Shown: positions 53,001-62,583 of the stretch, in pieces
How the letters are laid out: every line of letters starts with the position of its first letter
How positions within the stretch are numbered: position 1 is the stretch's first letter
From: Nymphaea colorata
Taxonomy: Eukaryota
Reading direction: 5' to 3'
Assembly: GCF_008831285.2 (NCBI RefSeq)
Contig: NC_045138.2
Location: 29,450,001 to 29,514,000 of the forward strand
DNA: 64,000 nt
Notes under the pieces: generated by a model
Told to the model about the DNA's origin: nothing
Database searches by the model: none
The model's input: only the letters and a program-made list of their open reading frames with translations
Position numbers and translations under genes: made by a program

Positions 53001-55861
53001 TATGGAATTTTTTTTTCTCCATTTGCTTTCTATTTTAACTCTCATTTTATCTCCACGGACTCACACAGGCAGCATCAGTTTATGTCTTAGAGAATATTTA
53101 GGGCCTGTTTAGGAAAGGGAACAGTTTGACACGGTTTCATGAATATGTTCCAAGTATTGAATTGACGCCCAATTAATGGAATTTGTAAGTTATCAATATG
53201 AACGCCGAACCTATAAAATGACAAGGTTGAGATCGATGTGGGCTAAGGTTTTTAACTGAATTAGCATTTGCAGGTGTTGATCCTGTTTTAGGTCTCGTTA
53301 TTTCAATATATAGGTAACAAGGATTAAAAACTGTTAAAAAATCGTACTTTTATTCCAAATTAGAAGTTGATATGGAGAATGGTTTCTAAACAAAATAGAA
53401 ACTGTAATCATTAGTCGATCTATATCGTTAAGTAAATGTTTCTCTATTTTTTTTTTCTTCCCAAACTGCGGGCATGACAATATACTAAAACTTAGAGAGA
53501 GAACACCATTCAGTGTGTTTATATGAATCCAAAAATGTGCGTCTTCGTTCAATGTGCCTCTATATTATTCATTTAACCATTCCAATCCGATCGAAGGCAC
53601 TCGAAGGAAGCAGCTGGTGGTATACCAAGTTCGTCTCAACTCGGTTTAACGATTAACGAGTTGTGTTTAGGTGAGTTTCTAATTATAATTAAATCCCACG
53701 TAGAAACTTACTCATGTTGGACAATGAATTGCCCAAGTTAACGAATCAAGTTCAAGCTAGCCAGGCGTGCCGTGTAAATCCTCCATGCCTGTGCACTATA
53801 AATTCAATAAAATTTGACGTGGAGAGATAGAAAGAGAGCCGGCCAAGGAACTGCCAAGATTCTAGTTCATGGATAGAGAAGGTATCAACAGGAACGACGG
53901 CAGCCTAAAAGCCTCTCGCAGTACTCGTTGAGATCAACCGGCAATAATTCGGAGGTAACTCTCTCTTCTTGCGGAAACATCAAACAGTATTCCATACTCA
54001 ACTGCTTTTTCTTGCAGCGTCACTTTCTCTATCGTCCGCTGCGATACGCATAGCTTTTTTTTATTTTGGTCCCCCGATAGATTTAAATTTATGGCTTATG
54101 AAGAGGGGTTTCTCGGCCTTCCGTCAGACCTCATGGGCGTGTGGTCATTGTCTACCAGATCTGACAGCATCGTCGGCTTGCCGCCCGCCGGATCTGGAAT
54201 CTCGTCATCATGGTCGCCGGGCCGCGGAATCTGACAACGTCGTCGACATCCATTGCTTGCGGGTGCCGCCGTTGCTTGTTCTTTTTTGCCCACCACGGCT
54301 TCTCGCTCATCTTCTGCCGTCGGACCTTTCTTTCACGTATCACATGCTCGCCATCTAAATTTCTCCTTTCTTGGAGTTTTGTCGTGGAAAAGCATTATTC
54401 TTACTATGTTTCAAAATGCGGGCATTTTTCCTTTTTTTTTTTAATTTTCAAAGATGTCATTCACTTTTTCAATTTTTTTTCAAATGGTTGTTATTTTTGT
54501 AATATGAAAAACACTTTCGTCGCTTGAGTGAAGCTTTTGTGTTTCAAACGGTTGTTATTTTTTGTAATGACATCGGGAGACTTTCTTGCTACTTTCTGTT
54601 GGCTAGGTCTATAGTTCTACATTAGAAATAATTCTGATGGATTAGTGGTTAGTGGGGCCAAGCATTCTGCAAAAGTTTGTAAAAAAGAAAAAAGTGCATC
54701 ATTGTTCCCAAAGCAGAGGAAAAAATTTTGACAATCGGATGAAGATTAAATTAATTATGAACGATATTTAAGATTAAATAAATCTTGGGCCCTGACTCTG
54801 TTGTTTTAATTGATTTTTAGGAGCATGAAAAAAAGTGATAGGGCCCCAAAGTAAAAGGTGACTGAACCAGAGCTAGAAGCTATCCAATCTGGTAGATAAG
54901 GAAAGTTCATCTGAGTAAGTGACATCATATTTCTAATAGAGTAGCCTAATTTGTGTCATTGACCTCCATTTTCCGCAGATGCAAGTTTCCTACATATAAA
55001 TCAATCTACTTATAGACGTTTATGTTTATTAATAATGTGGAAGAATGAGTTGAGATATAACTTTACGCATAGAACGCAAGAACAAAGTGCTACAATCATA
55101 TGAAGATTAAATAAATTATGAAGCACAATCACTAACAAATTGCCAGGTCAAATATTATACTTGCAAGGTTTCGTGCTCGTGTTTATGTTTGTGATTTTTT
55201 TTTTCTTAAGAAATGGGCTCAAAAGAGACAAAATACTCAGCGACAGGCTTTAAATAATTGCTTCTTTTGTTTAGCTTTTTTTTTTTTTTTCATAAGGTGA
55301 TTTGTAAGAGGAAAAACCTTGGGCAGGGCGAGAAATTTTAATTACAAACTTCCAATTAAATTAAGTTGTTGACAAATAAATAAGCATCTTGTTAGTTACT
55401 TTTAGTAATTAAAGTGCATCTTTCTCTGAGACTAAATAAATATAATGTCTATGAGATCCATTACCTTCAGTCGTAATAAGCTGTCACAGTAAGTATCTCT
55501 CAAAAGTGGCACTCGATAATTGATTGTAGTTTGATTGTTGTTGTGAATGTCGAAAATCTCAGGAAAGAACTACACCATTTGGAATTACTTATTCTGCATT
55601 TTATGAGAGAAAAAAATAAAATTAATTTAATTTTACAAGGGAAAGGGTTTTCCATGAACTAAACGAGAACTGGAAAAAGGAAAAAATCGTCCATGACGTG
55701 AATTGTGTTATGTAGTTGTATTGTACGAAATTATACATAGCCAAAAGAGGCTTATGAGTTAAGCCTCCAAAAGGAAGTAAAAGCTTCTCCCTCACTTTTT
55801 TTTTTTTTCAGAGCTTGTAGGGTAACCATGTTATTCGAATATTAATGTATGGTTTCAAAAA

Positions 55862-56096
55862 GGGGTGTTCGATCGCTTGGTCTAAAATCCTCAAGGATTT
55901 GAGTACCGTAGATTTAAAGATCAGTTCTTCCCTCTTCCGATATTAAATCCCACCTTTCCTGAATTCAAAAAGGTAAAATAAGAGTTTTGATGAACCATAG
56001 ACTTTATTGTGGTTCTTTGGCCATATCAGCAAAAGCATGTCATATCAGGTCCTCGTAAGACAAGTAGGTTTTAAATTGTAAGTAATCAAACGCACC
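55862..56096. mobile_element. Tourist-like MITE
   Basis: Imperfect TIR GGGGTGTTCGAT / ATCAAACGCACC, TTA/TAA on the right side. Confidence 0.5.
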
Positions 56097-56688
56097 TTAA
56101 AGGGCTGATACGAGCCTTAGTCCGAGTAGGCCTAACCAAGGCCAAAGGCACGGCCACAGTGAGAGATCACGGCTCAATGGAATTAAACTTCGAGCCTAGA
56201 GCAAATGCAGTGGGAGGTGCGGGAGGATATGCAACGGCTCTAGGACATGAATGAACTAGGTGAAGACCAGCAATTGGGGGAATCCGCGAGTTAGGATACT
56301 AGATCCATAGGACTTCTTTGGTATAGGCCATGGTCCATTCTTGAGTCGTATCGAAACCCAAGTCTCTAGAGTCGGTCTAGGACGAGTCTAGGGAGGTCTC
56401 TTGGCTGAATTGAGCTCAGCTCAATGAGGTTAAGGGATGTGTCAAGTCCGAAGTTTGGGCGGCAACCCGGACGAGGTCCCCACCTTGAGCTCACAAGGCT
56501 CAAGGGGCGTCTAGCTAGGACTTAGCCGTTTTTCACTTCTTGATTTGCTTTATTTGAGTTTGCGCCAATTCGGTTTTGGATTCAAACTTACCAAGGCGGG
56601 TTGTGCCTTGGATCCGTTTTGCTTTAGCATGTTCTGGATTTGGATTTGGGCTGGTTCCATGCATGGGAACCAGATTTATGTACTCATG

Positions 56689-56696
56689 TATATAAG
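56689..56696 (+). promoter_or_regulatory. Putative LTR TATA box
   Basis: TATATAAG ~585 bp into the LTR, followed by a CT-rich tract typical of plant 5' leaders. Confidence 0.5.
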
Positions 56697-59171
56697 GTTT
56701 TGATTCATGTGTAAATGGAGGGAATTTTGGGAAATCAAGGTCATTTGCTTCTTTGCTCTCTCTCTCTCCTCACTTCTCTCTCTCTCTTCTCGTGTCTCTC
56801 TCTCTCTCTCTCTCACGTTCCCTCCAATCTCTTCTCCCAAGACCAGCATGCTGGCCCTCTACTTCCCCTTCCCCCTCACGTCTTCCTCTCCTCTCCTTCC
56901 CAACTCCTCACTATCTCCCCTCTCTTTCATTTACATCAATTCTCGTTGAAGAAGAAGGTGAGGGCTTTCTCTTGGGTGAGCCACGGCCCTAGGAGTTATC
57001 ATCGTCTTCATCTTCGCATCTACCCAGCCACGTCTTGGGTGCAATATCTCTGCTACATCAGAGATATTGGAGGCCTAAGTTGAACAAGGAGGCTGCGTCT
57101 TCATCCAAGGAAGGACAGCAAACCCACGGTTTCCTCATACAAGGTTAGTTCTTGGATTCCTAAGGTGAAAGCTAAGCAACTACGTTGGTTTGGTTTGATC
57201 CAAGGTTTGACTTACAAGAAGAGGAGAAGTCTCGAGTCACAGCCGAGATTCCCTTCTTTTCCACGGTTGAAACTTGATTTAAACTAAGTTTTACGTGTCT
57301 TAGAAGATCCTAGGCATTGAGGCTTTCCTAGTTGAGAAATCACTCAAGGAAACGGCACAAGAAGAGTCGATCGATTCTAGTTTTCATCCGCGGTCCATCT
57401 CTGGAATTTCGCCGGCAAAATCAGAATCCCATCCTCAAGAAATCACGGTGAGACCATCTTGGACATGGGAATGGACCATATAAGGTGATTCCACGCAAAG
57501 AAAGAAGAAGATACACATTGGTTTCGCGAAGAACGGCCTAGGCGATAGCAAGCACCAAGTCACCGGGAACTTCTGGTTTTCCGGCGACCTCTGCCATAAT
57601 TCCGGCCACATTTGGGGGATTCTGGTCATCATCACCCAAGGACCAAAGTGCCCTTCCTTGCCACGAAGTGGGACCATCATTTCCAAGGGTAAGTCCGTCC
57701 AAAAGTACTCCAAGGAGATATCGCATGGAGAGGAGATTTTCTAGGCGAGAATTAAGGGGAAACTCCTACATTCTAGCTTCAAAAAGTGGTACGAGCTTCA
57801 TCCTTACCCATCTAAGTCTCTCCTAGCCCTTCATCCAGATCCTTAGGAGAAGATCCGACCCTTGATTTGCACGTGATTTGGAAGAGAATCCCCACATTTG
57901 GAATCATCATTCCACAAGGCGCCACCTCGCCACATTTGACTACATTGGAGGAGCCGGCGCCACTAGTGCCCACATTTGGAGGGATTTGCTCTTTAGTTTA
58001 GGTGATTCAATCATTAACCATCCCTAGATCCCAGCCACATCACATCCCACTTACCACCTTTGAATTTTCAGCCTTAGATCTAGAGGATTATCCTAGGTTC
58101 AAGTGTAGGAGTCCACCTTTTGATCCCACGTCAAACTCACTCACGTGATCCCTAACCCTCCTTAGTTCCTCATTAGCTCTCTCATTTAAACCCAAGCCAC
58201 TCGTTCAATCATCCTTGAACCTAACCACCAATTCCTAATCAACATCCCACATTCCCTTGTCTTAAGCCACCTCATTCTAGACCTCACACCCTTAGATCAT
58301 CTTCCCTTACACCGTAGCCGAAGCCGTCCAAGCCCCTATCGCTCCTAACCGGCCCTAAGCCAGCCACACTTAGGATCATTACCAAGCTCTACGGCCGAGC
58401 TTTCCTCTATTGACTGTAGTTAGGTAATTCCTCAGCTAAGACCAAGCTGAATCCACCCATCCCCAGCCACGACTACAGCATTTGGTGTGCACCCTTGGGC
58501 ATTTCATCCACTCGCCCAAGCGAATTGAGGTTGCTATCACCAAGCAACCGGATCCCGTGTGCTACCACGGCACTCAGCCAGGTGGGCTGAGCTAAGAGGC
58601 TCTCTCTCAGCTATATCTAGAGCCTACTGCCACACCCGGAGCAGCAGCATTTGTATCAGCTCCGTCAAAACCAGCAGCAGCAACCGAGTTGAAGAGAAGA
58701 CATCAAAGACTTTACCAGCGATCTTCTCCAACTTGGCGTCTTACTTGGCGTTGCAGCACCTTCCACCTTGGTGTCCCGATTTTCTCAGCTACAACCTGAC
58801 GTCTGGAATTCATCCTCAACAGCACCTACAGCAGATCATCAAAGAATTCCAGAAGATTCATCAAATGAACCCCGAGCAAGCCTTGGGGAGGTACTTCATT
58901 TAGACTAGTTAGATTTGCTATTTTCCTTGCATAGTTTTGAATCGCTTCCGCATTTGTCCAGTATTCCTGTAGTTTTTCGGTGGCCTAGAGCCTAAGATCC
59001 GGCTACAAGGAGTGTGTTTGGTCTGAGTCTAGCCTTAGTTTCCTCTTTGAGTTGTGTTGGTTCAATCTTTAGGCGTCTTTCGACCCGTGTGGACCCTCTA
59101 CGAGGATCTTGGGTGTAGGATCGACTCTAGGACTGGGCTGTCGCCTATACCGGAGTTAGGTCCTACCAATT

Positions 59172-59184
59172 TGGTATCAGAGCC
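59172..59184 (+). other. Primer-binding site 1 (tRNA-iMet)
   Basis: TGGTATCAGAGCC. Confidence 0.85.
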
Positions 59185-59340
59185 AACGTGGAGGATTCCG
59201 TTGCTTGTTTACATCTTGTGAATTCAAATTCTAGAGTTTATGTTGCTCATAAGTGCAAGAAAGATCGATTTTGGTCAAAGCGGGTGAAAGTTGGAAAGGA
59301 GAGTTCCAAACTTATCCGGCTGATACCAAACCTATCAGTT

Positions 59341-59353
59341 TGGTATCAGAGCC
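59341..59353 (+). other. Primer-binding site 2 (tRNA-iMet)
   Basis: TGGTATCAGAGCC. Confidence 0.85.
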
Positions 59354-59915
59354 ATCTTGAGAGGCCGCCGCACTCAGTTTTCAGATTCCAGCAGTGTTAG
59401 TTTGGTTTGATGGTAGCATAGCAGAAACTCATCCTCTTCAGCCTGCATTTTTTTCAGTTTCTGAAAAACCAGAAACTACGCCGGATTCCGGTGGCCGGCG
59501 CTGTCAGATCCGGCATCAGAATTGGTCAAGGTTAGGCTCGTTGGAAGCGCCTACGTCTCAGGAATCTCCAGTCCAAATTTCAGATTTTTTTGAGTTACGG
59601 GTGAAAAGTTATGATTTTTTGAGTGGACCCCTATCACTGGGGGAGTCCTGCGCGGTTGAAGAGCAAGCCTAGGCGTGACTTTCAGAAGAACGAGTGCTTT
59701 CCTGGAGCAGAGTTAGAGCTTGATCTTGGTGGCGTTGGATTCCTTATCGTGTCTAGTATTTTGCTACCAAGTTTCGTGATTTTTGGACATCGAGTTAGAG
59801 AGTTACAGAATTTATAAGTGTCGTGGTTTTCAGCTTTTAGTAGTTCAGTTTGGTGTTTGAAATAGATAGCTTAGAAAGTTTTTAAGCATTTGTTTTGATT
59901 TAAGAGAAGGCAAGA

Positions 59916-61706
59916 ATGATGGAAGAAGGTGCGTATCCCAGAAGTTTAGATGTTGATTTAGTGTTTAGCACCTATTCTTACGGAAAACTCGTGGAAGAGA
60001 AGATTTTAGTTCACAGAGAAGATTGGAGTTACGGCCCACAGTTCATCAGTTTCTTGATTGGACAAAACCCGAGATGCGACATCATCCTACGAGATGTCAG
60101 TGTAATGGGTTATCATTGTGTGATTGAAGTGGACAAGGGGACCTGTAACATTAGGATCACCAATAGGACCTTAGTGGGTCGACTTAGGGTTGCAGGAAGA
60201 GTAGTCAACCTGGGTGAGCTTTTACAAGTTTATCCAGGAGAAGTGATACAAATAGGAGACATGAGTCATAAGTTTGTGTTGGAAGAAATCCCAGCACCCA
60301 AACCCGTCAAACAAGTAGGGAAACCTGGAAATAGTAACCCAGGAAAGTCATCTCCTAACATTGAAGAGATGATACGACAAGCGCTCTCAAAGATGGATGA
60401 GATATTGGACAACGTGAAACAAGAGAAGCCTCACGTGGAGTTAAGGAGCAACACGTCCAAGGGCATGGTTCCGACCAACATGAAGAGCAAAGAGCTACTC
60501 GGACCAGCTACTCCGCCACCTCGCACGGAGCACATGAGCAAAGGCAACGGAAGCAAGAACCAAGGCATCATGAGTGCGGTGTCACAACCACCTCCAAAGA
60601 AAACTGACAACACTAAAGCCTACCGCAAGGCCTACTCAACTAAAGGCCTTACTCAAAAATCCGAGGTCCCTCAGACCAATTATCAACCTAAGAAAAGGGA
60701 CGAAGTAAGCAGGAACAAGAGAGATGAAATGCACCAAGCGGTAGAGACAATCAAATGTGAAGTGCCGAACAATAGCCTCAAGGGCAAGGGTGTTCATGAT
60801 CAAGCTATAGTTGAGGAGCCATCCAACAACTCAAGTGATGGCGAATCATTGAAGACATGGACTACCAATGAGTTATTGGCTGAAATAGAAAGCAAGTGTC
60901 AAGAGTGCGAATCTATTGAAGAGACACTTCCAAGTGAAGATTCTTTAGGATCACATGAAGAAAGAGCTTCAATCTCTACAAACTCAATGCACGCGTCTAG
61001 TCCCAACCAAGCATTAGATACGTACAAAGAAGAATCTTTAGTGTGTACAGCTCTAGCTTCACCCAACATGATGGAAGTGGAAGAATCAAGCGAGCTTCAA
61101 CCTCTTGAGATCATACAGCCAGAAGACAAGGTGGAGCTAATCCGTTGTCAAATGCCAGAAGATCTTAACCTTGAAGATCAAAGGAATGATGTAGAAAAGG
61201 CAAGCAGCATGGACTCTAATGATCCCATGGAAATAGAAGGAGATGAAGAGTCCAGCCAGCGAAGCGAGGATCATCCATCATATCCTTCCACAATAGAAGA
61301 TAAGGCAGATCATAAGGAGGGTGGAGCGGATTCAACTGACTGCTCACAGATTGTGGAAGAGTTACAACTACAAGCAACCCAAGAGTTAGCTTTCCACATG
61401 ACGTGCTCACACCAAGACCAAGGTAGCGGACCACGGGTGGAGCAACTTGAAGGAATACCCTCTTGTCAGAATCATCCACAGAGCGAGGATACGTGGTTAG
61501 CCCCTATTGAGATGAGTGAAAGTGATCAACATGCTAAGCTTCGTTGCATCCAAAAGTGGCAAGAGGAAGTGCAAGAGGAATTAGTAGGATTCTTTCTGAG
61601 TTTGAAGATGATTTCTTGTGCAGTTCTGATGATGATCACACTATTACTTTGGAGCCAAGACCATCATTCAACCAATATAAGGCTCCTCAAGAAGATCCAC
61701 GAGTGA
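59916..61706 (+). CDS. ORF1 of the LTR element: N-terminal FHA-like domain plus long basic then acidic low-complexity region (596 aa)
   Basis: FLIGQNPRCDIILRDVSVMGYHCVIEV...IRITN...RVAGRVV...QVYPGEVIQIGDMSHKFVL (60051-60281) follows the FHA pattern hhIGR.P.CDI.L....S..H..I...GD.I.IG. Confidence 0.75.
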   Translation: MMEEGAYPRSLDVDLVFSTYSYGKLVEEKILVHREDWSYGPQFISFLIGQNPRCDIILRDVSVMGYHCVIEVDKGTCNIRITNRTLVGRLRVAGRVVNLGELLQVYPGEVIQIGDMSHKFVLEEIPAPKPVKQVGKPGNSNPGKSSPNIEEMIRQALSKMDEILDNVKQEKPHVELRSNTSKGMVPTNMKSKELLGPATPPPRTEHMSKGNGSKNQGIMSAVSQPPPKKTDNTKAYRKAYSTKGLTQKSEVPQTNYQPKKRDEVSRNKRDEMHQAVETIKCEVPNNSLKGKGVHDQAIVEEPSNNSSDGESLKTWTTNELLAEIESKCQECESIEETLPSEDSLGSHEERASISTNSMHASSPNQALDTYKEESLVCTALASPNMMEVEESSELQPLEIIQPEDKVELIRCQMPEDLNLEDQRNDVEKASSMDSNDPMEIEGDEESSQRSEDHPSYPSTIEDKADHKEGGADSTDCSQIVEELQLQATQELAFHMTCSHQDQGSGPRVEQLEGIPSCQNHPQSEDTWLAPIEMSESDQHAKLRCIQKWQEEVQEELVGFFLSLKMISCAVLMMITLLLWSQDHHSTNIRLLKKIHE

Positions 61707-62545
61707 ATCGTGAAGGCCCAATGGCTAAGAGTGGGCACATTGAATCGTATGAGAACAAGGAAAGATCTTTGTCCACCCATTCTCTATTACAACAACAGAT
61801 GATACATCCTAAGGAGGGTGGACAACAACAAAATGAAGAGGTGATTCACAGAGATAAGAATGAAAAACTCTACCCAAAAAGATGGAGAGCATTCCAGTAC
61901 TCAGAGTCACCAAATTGCAATGAAGAGATGTGGAACCCCTCGAGTTCATGTGAGGATTACAAGTCGGAGTCACCAACATCAATTGACTCCAACGACATGA
62001 GCGCAACTGAGGTGCAATGGGCAGTACAGAGTAATTGTAAACAGAAAGACTACATCATCAACCAACAAGTACTACAAGCAGGTGGGCGCCTATGGCAAGC
62101 CCACGACAGAGGGAAGGCCCTCGCACATCAGGAGGGCACTATTGAGCAGCTACAAGGGCTGCAAAAGAGGGCTATAGGGCAACTCCCAAGGGATTATAGT
62201 CCTAAACAAGTGCAAAAACCACTACAACATGGTGGTAGAAAGTGGCAACCACATGACCGTGGTAAAGCCATGTCAACGAATGAGATCCAGAATGATGAAA
62301 GGCTGCTTGGGCAACCAATGAAGCGAATTGGACAGTTACCTCGAGACTATGGTCCAGACACATTGACCATAGCTAAACTCAGAGTTAAAAGGGCCATGTT
62401 CAAGGTTTATTCAAGAGGCCCAAGAAGATGTTTCCTCCATCTTAGGAACTCAGTGAAGGTGTTACCCAGAGACTATGGACCAGGGAGGAAACACAAGGTG
62501 AAAGATGACTGCGTGCGTCAGAGCCACCAAGAAACAAGTTCATAA
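61544..62545 (+). CDS. ORF2 of the LTR element (333 aa as called), probable frameshifted continuation of ORF1, with HDRGKA / LPRDY repeats
   Basis: Overlaps ORF1 in the -1 frame. Contains ILSEFEDDF...DHTITLEP and ~50-aa repeats. Stops 38 nt before the 3' LTR. Confidence 0.7.
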   Translation: MHPKVARGSARGISRILSEFEDDFLCSSDDDHTITLEPRPSFNQYKAPQEDPRVNREGPMAKSGHIESYENKERSLSTHSLLQQQMIHPKEGGQQQNEEVIHRDKNEKLYPKRWRAFQYSESPNCNEEMWNPSSSCEDYKSESPTSIDSNDMSATEVQWAVQSNCKQKDYIINQQVLQAGGRLWQAHDRGKALAHQEGTIEQLQGLQKRAIGQLPRDYSPKQVQKPLQHGGRKWQPHDRGKAMSTNEIQNDERLLGQPMKRIGQLPRDYGPDTLTIAKLRVKRAMFKVYSRGPRRCFLHLRNSVKVLPRDYGPGRKHKVKDDCVRQSHQETSS

Positions 62546-62569
62546 TGAGCTTGGGGACAAGCTCGATTT

Positions 62570-62581
62570 AAGGAGGGTGGA
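62570..62581 (+). other. Polypurine tract
   Basis: AAGGAGGGTGGA, 2 nt before the TG of the 3' LTR. Confidence 0.8.
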
Positions 62582-62583
62582 TC

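Larger units (their letters stand above)
56106..59337 (+). repeat. 5' LTR (~3.06-3.23 kb; ends at 59168 or 59337)
   Basis: TGATA start. The candidate ends CCTACCA (59168) and CCTATCA (59337) each lie 3 nt before a PBS. Confidence 0.8.

Noticed and set aside
56707..57083. Three ORFs repeated identically at 63185-63561
   Set aside because: Low-complexity CT-rich LTR sequence. The identity reflects LTR duplication, not coding.
59916..62545. Possibility that the FHA-like ORF is an ordinary host gene between two solo LTRs
   Set aside because: It is intronless and bounded exactly by PBS and PPT at the LTR junctions, so it is the element's internal region.
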